A DNA stretch of 64,000 bases from Sulfuricurvum sp. (lineage in GTDB: Bacteria > Campylobacterota > Campylobacteria > Campylobacterales > Sulfurimonadaceae), in the NCBI GenBank assembly GCA_041669045.1, contig JBAYBZ010000001.1, forward strand, positions 68,082-132,081, in the 5' to 3' direction. How positions within the stretch are numbered: the first letter of the stretch is position 1; each line of letters starts with the position of its first letter. Shown in pieces: positions 1-7,586 of the stretch. The translations under genes and the position numbers were made by a program. The notes beneath the pieces are model-generated. The model searched no databases. It was not told the origin of the DNA and was given only the letters and a program-made list of their open reading frames with translations.

Positions 1-1370
1 CACTCTTTTTACTGCCAGAGATCTCTCTTACCCCGCAGATGCAAACAAGGCTAGAGAAGCATTTTGGCGAGTGCGTGGCGATCTACCACTCTAAGCTTAG
101 CAAAAAGGCTAGATCTAGCGTGCTAGAGCGGGTGCGAAGTGGCGAGGCTAGAGTGATCGCAGGGGCTAGATCTGCACTATTTTTGCCACTAAAAGATCTA
201 GGCTTTATAGCAGTTGATGAGGAGCATGACGATAGCTACAAAAGCTCATCAAAACCCTACTACAACGCTAGAGATATGGCGATCTTTGTAGCAAAACTCC
301 ACGGTGCAAAGGTGGTGCTTGGTAGTGCAACGCCATCTCTTAGCTCATACGCTAAGTTTGCATCATTTCGCTTAAAAGGGACACACTTTGAGTCCAAAAA
401 ACAGACTATTTATGACGCCAACTACGACTCCATCTCGCCACTTATAGCGGGCGAGATCTCTGCCACACTAGCAAGTGGCAAGCAGGCGATCATATTTTTA
501 CCTACTCGTGCAAACTTCAAGTATCTAAGCTGTAAAAGTTGCGGTCACAACTTTGAGTGCGGGTTTTGTAGCGTGGGTATGAGTCTGCACTCAAAGCACA
601 ACTACCTCAAGTGCCACTACTGCAACTTTACCTCTGCGATCCCTACAAAGTGCGAAGCATGTGGATCTGATGAGCTAACAAGCTCAAGGCTCGGCACGGC
701 GGAGGTGCTAAAGGAGCTTGAGGCGTTGTTTGAGGGCGTGAGCGTGGCACAGTTTGACCGCGACGCCATCACCACTCAAAAGAGGCTCGCAAGCACACTA
801 GAGAGCTTCAACTCTGGTGAGATCAGCATACTTGTAGGCACGCAGATGCTAAGCAAGGGGCATGACTACCACGGTGTGGCTTTGGCAGTGGTGCTTGGGG
901 TGGATCATATGCTCTACCTAGCTGATCATAGAGCCAAAGAAAAAGCCCTCTCTACCGCCTTGCAAGTGGCGGGGCGAAGTGGGCGAAGTGGCGAGGCAAA
1001 AGTGATCGTGCAGAGTATGCATAGTGACTTTTTTATGGCGTATGAGAGTGACTATGAGCTGTTTTTGAAGCACCAACTAGAGCTTGCAAAGGGTCTCTAC
1101 CCGCCATTTACAAAGCTTGCAAGAGTGCTTTTTGCTCACAAAAATGCCACAAAAGCGAGTGATGCAATGAGTGAGATGAGATCAAACTTAGAGCGTTTTA
1201 GTGATGTAGAGATCGTAGGAAGTGGGAAGTGTGCCATTGAGTATATAGCCTCTAAGCACCGCTTTGAGATTTTGCTTAGATCTAGTAGTGGATCTTCGCT
1301 TAGAAAGGCGATCAGAGCCTCTATGGTGGAGCTTGCGGTGGTTGATGTAGATCCTATCGAGTTTAACTGA
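1..1370 (+). CDS. priA: Primosomal protein N' (PriA helicase), C-terminal part; 5' end is upstream of the window
   Basis: Frame is open to the window edge. Motifs: VDEEHD Walker B, Cys-rich zinc insert (CKSCGH..CGFC..CHYC..CEACG), helicase C-terminal motifs GTQMLSKGHD and QVAGRSGR. Confidence 0.85.
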   Translation, partial: LFLLPEISLTPQMQTRLEKHFGECVAIYHSKLSKKARSSVLERVRSGEARVIAGARSALFLPLKDLGFIAVDEEHDDSYKSSSKPYYNARDMAIFVAKLHGAKVVLGSATPSLSSYAKFASFRLKGTHFESKKQTIYDANYDSISPLIAGEISATLASGKQAIIFLPTRANFKYLSCKSCGHNFECGFCSVGMSLHSKHNYLKCHYCNFTSAIPTKCEACGSDELTSSRLGTAEVLKELEALFEGVSVAQFDRDAITTQKRLASTLESFNSGEISILVGTQMLSKGHDYHGVALAVVLGVDHMLYLADHRAKEKALSTALQVAGRSGRSGEAKVIVQSMHSDFFMAYESDYELFLKHQLELAKGLYPPFTKLARVLFAHKNATKASDAMSEMRSNLERFSDVEIVGSGKCAIEYIASKHRFEILLRSSSGSSLRKAIRASMVELAVVDVDPIEFN

Positions 1371-1399
1371 TGCTTAGATCTTGCGGTGATAAAAGCTAA

Positions 1400-1450
1400 G
1401 ATTGCCACGACCCTAAAGGGTCTCGCAGTGACGCTATGCTCCGCAATGAC
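1400..1450. repeat. Short GC-rich interspersed repeat (modules ...CTCGCAGTGACG and GCTATGCTC(C)GCAATGAC) with internal hairpin GACCC-TAAA-GGGTC
   Basis: The 12-mer CTCGCAGTGACG (1422-1433) is identical to 10868-10879. GCTATGCTCCGCAATGAC (1433-1450) matches 10836-10852 with one indel. Confidence 0.6.
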
Positions 1451-1533
1451 AAATGATTATATCAAGATGCCATGGCATATATTAAATATTAAACTATACA
1501 ATATCAAACAACATCTCACAAAAAGAGGCAACT

Positions 1534-2166
1534 ATGAGACTACTTGCACTACTTTTTACGCTTATAACTGCTGGTTTTGGGTTTGATCTAAGTATCAAAA
1601 AGGAGTTTAGCTCAACACTAGAGCCACAAACTATGAGGCTAGATCTAAGCATCAGCTCCACAAACGCTAAAAGCACTCTGCTTAAAAGTGAGGCAGAGGA
1701 GCTTTTTGCAAAAGTTGCTTCGCTTCGTATCTGCAAAAACCGTGGGCATTTTATAACGCCCATCTACGACTACAAAGAGAGTAGCAAAAAGTTCATACAC
1801 TACGAACTGCGGGCAGATCTAAGCTGTGAATCAGCACAGATCGAAAAGCTAGGCGAAGTGGTAGAACTCATCGGATCAAACCTAAAAGTGACACAAAACC
1901 CCATCAGATGGGTAGTTGATGATCTAAGCATAGCCGAGGCAAAAGAGCAGTTGGAGTTTGAGACCATCAACTATGCCCGCACATACGCCGCCAAGCTTAG
2001 AAGCAAAAGCAGAAGCGAATGTACTCTAAAGGCGATCGAAATAGGCACAGATCGCTCATCTGCTCCCGTGGTGTTTGCAAAGATGAACTCATCAGCACTA
2101 GAACCCACCAAAGAGAACATCGAGGTTAGGATCAGTGCTGAGTACTCATACGAGTGTAAGCCATGA
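1534..2166 (+). CDS. Secreted protein, possibly SIMPL/DUF541-like
   Basis: N-terminal signal-like segment MRLLALLFTLITAGFG. The C-terminal half loosely fits the SIMPL pattern. The stop overlaps the next start (ATGA). Confidence 0.4.
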   Translation: MRLLALLFTLITAGFGFDLSIKKEFSSTLEPQTMRLDLSISSTNAKSTLLKSEAEELFAKVASLRICKNRGHFITPIYDYKESSKKFIHYELRADLSCESAQIEKLGEVVELIGSNLKVTQNPIRWVVDDLSIAEAKEQLEFETINYARTYAAKLRSKSRSECTLKAIEIGTDRSSAPVVFAKMNSSALEPTKENIEVRISAEYSYECKP

Positions 2167-2735
2167 TAGATCTACTATATTTGCGACTTGCAAAAAGTGC
2201 CATACTAAGCGAGCTTGATGCGTCTTATGGCTTCGATAAGAGCGAGATCTTAGAGGCTTTGCCACATCTAAGGGAAAATGGTGCATCGTTTGTGACACTT
2301 GAGAGTGGGTCAGATCTCAGAGGGTGCATCGGTAGTATTGTAGCTTATAGGGATCTCTTTAGTGACATAGTTAGCAATGCTAAAGCAGCAGCTTTTAGAG
2401 ATCCTCGCTTTGCTCCACTAAGCCTAGATGAGACGATGGATCTAAGCGTAGAGGTTTCACTGCTAAGTACGCCTAGCGAGGTGGTGTATAGCGACTTTGC
2501 AGATCTTGTCTCTAAAGTAGTGCCTCACAAAGATGGGCTAATCCTAAAACATCGCCACTTTAGCTCCACCTACTTGCCTCAAGTGTGGCAAAGCATAAGC
2601 GACACAAGTGAGTTTTTGCTCTCGCTTGCTTACAAAGCGGGGGCAAATGAGCAGATTTTTAATGAAAAACCTAGCATCTACCGCTACCGTGTTACCTCGC
2701 GTAAGGAGCTGTGGGATGAACTACTTCCGCTCTAG
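2163..2735 (+). CDS. AMMECR1-domain protein (AmmeMemoRadiSam system protein A)
   Basis: LRGCIGSI and AFRDPRF AMMECR1 signatures. Gene context with the radical SAM and Memo-like partners. Confidence 0.85.
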   Translation: MIDLLYLRLAKSAILSELDASYGFDKSEILEALPHLRENGASFVTLESGSDLRGCIGSIVAYRDLFSDIVSNAKAAAFRDPRFAPLSLDETMDLSVEVSLLSTPSEVVYSDFADLVSKVVPHKDGLILKHRHFSSTYLPQVWQSISDTSEFLLSLAYKAGANEQIFNEKPSIYRYRVTSRKELWDELLPL

Positions 2736-3699
2736 TGCTAAGGGGATCATCTGCCTACTTTGCAAACACTACTGTGAGCTAAAAGAGGGCAAGTCAGGCA
2801 TATGCGGGATCAACTTCAACCGCGGTGGCGAACTTGTAAACATCACTTACGCCCACCCAAGCACCATCAACCTAGATCCCATCGAGAAGAAGCCACTTTA
2901 TCACTTTTTGCCATCTACTTCATCGCTCTCACTCGGCACTGTGGGGTGCAACTTGCGTTGTCCATTTTGCCAAAACTACACCATCTCACAAACCTCAAGT
3001 GTCGATGAGAGTATCACCGTTTCACCACAAGAGGTGGTAGATCTGGCTCTAAAACATGGTGCCAAAAGCATCAGCTACACCTACAATGAGCCTGCTATCT
3101 GGTACCAATACGCTCGCGACATCGGCATGTTAGCCAAAGAGGCGGGGCTTGCAAATATCTTTGTCTCAAGTGGCTATGAGTCTAGCGAAGTTCTTGCAGA
3201 TATGCCTAGCTGGGTGAACGCTGCCAACATAGATCTTAAGAGCTTTTCGCACGACTACTACAAAAAGACCCTAAAAGCGGGGCTTGATGGCGTGCTTGAG
3301 ACTCTAAAAACAGTAGCAAAAAGTAGCATTCACCTTGAAGTTACTACACTCATCATCGAGGGGGTAAATGATGGTGAGATAGAGCAGATGGCTCGCTTTA
3401 TAGCAACCGAGTTGGGTTGCGATGTGCCGTGGCACTTAAGTGCATTTTATCCAAACTACAAGATGCTGGGTACCACTCCAACTACGCCTAGCACGCTATT
3501 TGAAGCAAAGCAGATCGCCAAAAACGCAGGCTTAGAGTATGTTTACATCGGTAATATCGCAAACGATAGCTCCTCGTACTGTCCAAAATGCAGTGCAAAA
3601 CTAGTGGATAGATCTGCCTATAACGCTAAGATAGTGGGGCTAAAAAACGGCAGATGCAAAGCGTGCAACTACGCTATAAAAGGGGTTTGGGGTGACTAG
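2716..3699 (+). CDS. AmmeMemoRadiSam system radical SAM enzyme
   Basis: CNLRCPFCQN (CX3CX2C) cluster motif and an N-terminal Cys-rich segment. I chose ATG 2716 rather than the longer ORF start at 2608. Confidence 0.85.
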   Translation: MNYFRSSAKGIICLLCKHYCELKEGKSGICGINFNRGGELVNITYAHPSTINLDPIEKKPLYHFLPSTSSLSLGTVGCNLRCPFCQNYTISQTSSVDESITVSPQEVVDLALKHGAKSISYTYNEPAIWYQYARDIGMLAKEAGLANIFVSSGYESSEVLADMPSWVNAANIDLKSFSHDYYKKTLKAGLDGVLETLKTVAKSSIHLEVTTLIIEGVNDGEIEQMARFIATELGCDVPWHLSAFYPNYKMLGTTPTTPSTLFEAKQIAKNAGLEYVYIGNIANDSSSYCPKCSAKLVDRSAYNAKIVGLKNGRCKACNYAIKGVWGD

Positions 3700-4459
3700 A
3701 GAGAGTTTTTTCGCGGGTAGCTTTTATCCAAATGACAAAGATGAGCTTTTGAGGCTTTTTGCCTCATTTGAGAGTTGCAAGCAGGCGTATAACCCAAAAG
3801 CGGTGATAGTCCCACATGCGGGCTACATATATAGCGGATCAACCGCAAACCTCGCATACAGTGCACTTAGTGGCACTTCGCTTGAGCGGTTTGTGATCAT
3901 CGCACCATCGCACAAGTACGCTTACGATGGGGTCTCGCTATGTGAGTTTAGCTCTTACGCCACACCGCTTAAGACGATCAAAGCAGATCAGGGTCTTGCA
4001 CACTACCTAAGGAAGAGGCATAACCTCGAGTGCTACCCGCAAGCTCACGCAGAGCATAGTAGCGAGACGCAGTTGCCGTTTCTAAAGCACTACAAACCCA
4101 ACTCTAAGGTGCTTGAGCTTATCTACTCAAACTCAAGCGTAGAACTGCTTGCTTGCATCATAGAAGATCTGCTTGCTCTTGGCGATGTAGGCATCATCAT
4201 AAGCACAGATCTAAGCCACTTCTACACACTTGATGAGGCAAAAAAGCTGGATCAAAACTGCCTTGATGCCATAGCAAACTTAGATGAGCAGAGTTTAAGA
4301 TCTAAGTGCGAAGCGTGTGGGACTTTGGGTGTAGAAGCGATGCTAAGAGTTGCTAAAAAGCTGGATCTAAAACCGCATATACTAAACTATACCACAAGTG
4401 CAGAAGCTTCAGGCGATGAAAGCCGAGTGGTAGGGTACACAACTGCGGTGTTTGAGTAA
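3692..4459 (+). CDS. Memo-like protein (AmmeMemoRadiSam system protein B)
   Basis: FFAGSFYP and VPHAGYIYSG motifs typical of the MEMO1 family. The GTG start overlaps the preceding stop by 8 nt. Confidence 0.85.
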   Translation: MTRESFFAGSFYPNDKDELLRLFASFESCKQAYNPKAVIVPHAGYIYSGSTANLAYSALSGTSLERFVIIAPSHKYAYDGVSLCEFSSYATPLKTIKADQGLAHYLRKRHNLECYPQAHAEHSSETQLPFLKHYKPNSKVLELIYSNSSVELLACIIEDLLALGDVGIIISTDLSHFYTLDEAKKLDQNCLDAIANLDEQSLRSKCEACGTLGVEAMLRVAKKLDLKPHILNYTTSAEASGDESRVVGYTTAVFE

Positions 4460-4500
4460 ACGCCCTTTTAGCTAAAATACCACAAAAAATAGAGGTCATC

Positions 4501-5511
4501 TTGAGACACTTCACTAGCTCATTTATCTTTACTATCATAGCCCTTGGTCTAGCCTTTTTGTGGGGCTACAAAAATGGCGATCTAAGCGTTGCTTTTGGGG
4601 TTTTACTCATCGCATCTGCACTCGCTCTTATGGAGATCTCACTCTCATTTGATAACGCAGTCGTAAATGCCTCTATACTAAAACATTGGGATAGACGCTG
4701 GAAGATGCTCTTTATGACCGTGGGTATGCTCATAGCCGTCTTTGGTATGAGGCTAATCTTCCCCATAGTCATAGTTGCTCACACCGCAGATCTAGGCTAC
4801 TTAGAGGTGTGGAGACTAGCACTTAACAGTCCCGATGAGTACTCTGCAAAGCTCACCGCTCACCACGCGGAGATCTCCGCATTTGGCGGGATCTTCTTGC
4901 TTCTTGTCTTTTTAAACTTCTTGCTAGATGAGTCAAAGGAGATCCACTGGATCAAAAGCATAGAGTCGCGTCTTAAGCACCTTGGCAAGGTGGACGCCAT
5001 CTCTATTTTTATAGCTATTGTGGTGCTTATGATCTTTAGCTCGCTCTCGCAAGATCGCCTAAGTGTGCTTCTTGCTGGACTTTGGGGGATCATCATCTAT
5101 GTGAGTGTAAGTATGATCGGCTTTTTTCTCGATGATGAGGGTGGCGATAGTATCAAAAAAGGCTCTATCGGCGGGTTTTTATACCTCGAAGTACTTGACG
5201 CATCATTTAGCTTCGATGGAGTTATAGGCAGTTTTGCCATCACAAAAGATATAGTCATCATTATGTTAGGACTAGCCATCGGAGCGATGTTTGTTAGATC
5301 TATAACCATCTATCTAGTCGAAAAAGGCACGCTTAGTGAGTATATATACCTAGAGCATGGTGCTCACTACGCTATCGGGGTGCTAGCTATCATCATGCTA
5401 CTTGGCACGAAGCTACATATCAACGAGCTTTTCACCGCCTCGATCGGCATTATCCTCATACTTCTCTCGCTCTACTCATCGCAAAAAGAGAGAAAATTGG
5501 CTAACAAATAG
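4501..5511 (+). CDS. Integral membrane protein, DUF475/TerC-like
   Basis: Multi-TM protein with the SLSFDNAVVNA motif characteristic of DUF475. Confidence 0.55.
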   Translation: MRHFTSSFIFTIIALGLAFLWGYKNGDLSVAFGVLLIASALALMEISLSFDNAVVNASILKHWDRRWKMLFMTVGMLIAVFGMRLIFPIVIVAHTADLGYLEVWRLALNSPDEYSAKLTAHHAEISAFGGIFLLLVFLNFLLDESKEIHWIKSIESRLKHLGKVDAISIFIAIVVLMIFSSLSQDRLSVLLAGLWGIIIYVSVSMIGFFLDDEGGDSIKKGSIGGFLYLEVLDASFSFDGVIGSFAITKDIVIIMLGLAIGAMFVRSITIYLVEKGTLSEYIYLEHGAHYAIGVLAIIMLLGTKLHINELFTASIGIILILLSLYSSQKERKLANK

Positions 5512-5513
5512 TG

Positions 5514-5522
5514 TGCTATAAT
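5514..5522 (+). promoter_or_regulatory. Extended -10 box TGCTATAAT upstream of the CNNM gene
   Basis: Exact TGnTATAAT about 90 nt upstream of ATG 5613. Confidence 0.4.
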
Positions 5523-5612
5523 TTTAGATTATCATATATAAAGGATTTTATAAATGTCACAAAGTGACCCATCTTCGGGGCGGAGTAGAACTACCCCTAT
5601 GAGAGTCGGAAA

Positions 5613-6704
5613 ATGACTCTACTTCTTGTTTATCTCTTCTTGGCTCTGGCGGTATCATTTCTATGCTCTATCTTAGAGGCAGTTTTACTATCAAGTACCA
5701 ACTCCTACATAGAGAGTTTGACAAAAACACACTCTGATGATGTTGTTGCAAAGCTAAAGAAGCTAAAAAGCGACATCGATGTACCGATCTCAAGCATACT
5801 TACACTCAACACTTTTGCCCACACTATGGGAGCTGCGGGCGTTGGAGCACAAGCTCAGATCATCTTTGGTAACGAGCTTCAAAGCATCATAGCATTTGTG
5901 GTGACGCTACTCATACTATATGTTTCAGAGATTATTCCAAAAACCATCGGGGCACTCTACTGGAAGCAACTTTTAGTGCCTGTTTCACACATTATGTCAT
6001 TTGTTATACTTATATCTACACCATTTAATGTAGTCTCTAAGTTTTTAACAGATCTCATCACAAAAGATAAAAAACAGTCCAAAAACTTCTCTCGCGATGA
6101 GATCATGGCGGTTGTGGCGATGGGTGAGAGAGAGGGTAGCATACTAAGCAAAGAGGGTGATCTAATCGAAAACCTACTCAAACTCAAAAACATAAAAACC
6201 AAAGATATCATGACACCACGAAGCGTGGTTTTTGCCCTGCCTGCGAGCTTTAGCGTAGGTGAAGCTATCGAAGATGAACGAATGTATATACACTCTCGCA
6301 TACCTATTTATGGCGAAGATTTAGATAGTATCGTGGGTATCGTCTTTAACCAGCAGATCTTAGAAGCAAGCAACGAAGATGAGGACTCAAAAAGCTTAGA
6401 GTCTATCTCACACGAAGCTCTGATGGTCTCTGAAAACCTCCCTGTTCAAGCACTTTTAGATATGTTCATAAAGAAAAAGACGCACCTTTTTATAGTGCAT
6501 GATAGCTATGGACAAACAAGCGGTGTAGTCTCGCTTGAAGACGCCATAGAAACGCTTCTAGGCGTTGAGATCGTCGATGAGCTAGATGTTGTAGAAGATA
6601 TGCAACTACTCGCCAAAGATAAGAGCAAAAAGTTTCAAGATCGCATAAAACTAGAGCGAAAAATGGTGGAGAGATCAAGTAGCAAGGGGTTTGCAAGTGC
6701 CTAG
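5613..6704 (+). CDS. CNNM/DUF21 transmembrane domain plus CBS-pair protein (hemolysin-family / divalent cation transport type)
   Basis: N-terminal 4-TM DUF21-like region followed by a CBS-pair region (IMTPRSVVF..., LFIVHDSYGQTSGVVSLEDAIE). No CorC C-terminal domain seen. Confidence 0.75.
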   Translation: MTLLLVYLFLALAVSFLCSILEAVLLSSTNSYIESLTKTHSDDVVAKLKKLKSDIDVPISSILTLNTFAHTMGAAGVGAQAQIIFGNELQSIIAFVVTLLILYVSEIIPKTIGALYWKQLLVPVSHIMSFVILISTPFNVVSKFLTDLITKDKKQSKNFSRDEIMAVVAMGEREGSILSKEGDLIENLLKLKNIKTKDIMTPRSVVFALPASFSVGEAIEDERMYIHSRIPIYGEDLDSIVGIVFNQQILEASNEDEDSKSLESISHEALMVSENLPVQALLDMFIKKKTHLFIVHDSYGQTSGVVSLEDAIETLLGVEIVDELDVVEDMQLLAKDKSKKFQDRIKLERKMVERSSSKGFASA

Positions 6705-7551
6705 AGTAGCAGCTATTCAGATGAGTATGAGTGAAGATAAAAGCTCAAATATAGCAAAAGCAAAACGACTTGTAAGAGAAGCTAGCCAAAATGGAGCAAA
6801 CATTATCTTACTTCCAGAGCTTTTTGAGGGACTATACTTCTGCAAAGATATGGACAAAAAGTACTTTAGCTGGGCAAATGAGTTAGAAGCTAACCCTCTT
6901 ATAGAGGAGTTTAAGCCACTAGCCAAAGAGCTTGGTGTGGTGCTACTTGTGAGCTACTTTGAACGAAGTGGCGATGAGTACTACAACTCACTTGTGCCCA
7001 TAGATGAGAGCGGGAGAGTGCTTGAGAACTACCGCAAAACTCACATACCAGATGGAGCGGGGTATGAGGAGAAGTTCTACTTTAGATCTGGCGATACAGG
7101 CTTTAAGGTGTGGGAGACTAGCTTTGGCAAGATCGGTGTTGGGATCTGCTGGGATCAGTGGTTTAGCGAGTGTGCAAGATCACTTACACTAATGGGTGCA
7201 GAGATCATCTTCTACCCTACTGCGATCGGGAGTGAACCTGAGATCCATATAGACTCAAAAGATCATTGGCAACGCGTGCAGATGGGGCACTCTGCTTGCA
7301 ACATAGTCCCTGTGGTGGTAGCAAACCGCTACGGCAAAGAGGTGGGCGAGAGTTGTACACTTGAGTTTTATGGATATAGCTTTATCACCGATGCAACAGG
7401 TGAGAAAGTTGCTGAAGCTGGTAGAGATAGCGAAGAGATCTTATACGCCGATATCGACATAGATGCCAACAAAAAACTAAGAGAGTACTGGGGAATGCTA
7501 AGAGATAGAGAGCCATCAAAATACGATATAATAACAGCGAAAAATAGTTAA
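6691..7551 (+). CDS. aguB: Carbon-nitrogen hydrolase, N-carbamoylputrescine amidase-like
   Basis: Nitrilase-superfamily E-K-C triad contexts (LLPELF, YRKTHIPD, GICWDQWF). TTG/GTG start region overlaps the previous gene. Confidence 0.7.
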   Translation: MQVPRVAAIQMSMSEDKSSNIAKAKRLVREASQNGANIILLPELFEGLYFCKDMDKKYFSWANELEANPLIEEFKPLAKELGVVLLVSYFERSGDEYYNSLVPIDESGRVLENYRKTHIPDGAGYEEKFYFRSGDTGFKVWETSFGKIGVGICWDQWFSECARSLTLMGAEIIFYPTAIGSEPEIHIDSKDHWQRVQMGHSACNIVPVVVANRYGKEVGESCTLEFYGYSFITDATGEKVAEAGRDSEEILYADIDIDANKKLREYWGMLRDREPSKYDIITAKNS

Positions 7552-7586
7552 AAATGTCATAATTTGTCATCAAAGGGGTAAAGTAG

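Noticed and set aside
1386-1586. 66-aa ORF in the priA-downstream spacer
   Set aside because: Its N-terminal half is a translation of the dispersed repeat (IATTLKGLAVTLCSAMT). It has no ribosome-binding site and overlaps the better-supported gene starting at 1534.
2608-2715. Longer N-terminal extension of the radical SAM gene (track start 2608)
   Set aside because: It would overlap the AMMECR1 gene by 128 nt. ATG 2716 gives the family-typical N-terminus and a 20-nt overlap.
5523-5612. A complete yybP-ykoY (Mn) or M-box (Mg) riboswitch upstream of the CNNM gene
   Set aside because: Only a GGAGTAG-like string and two short hairpins are present. About 85 nt is too short for either riboswitch, so it is kept only as a low-interest structured-leader candidate.
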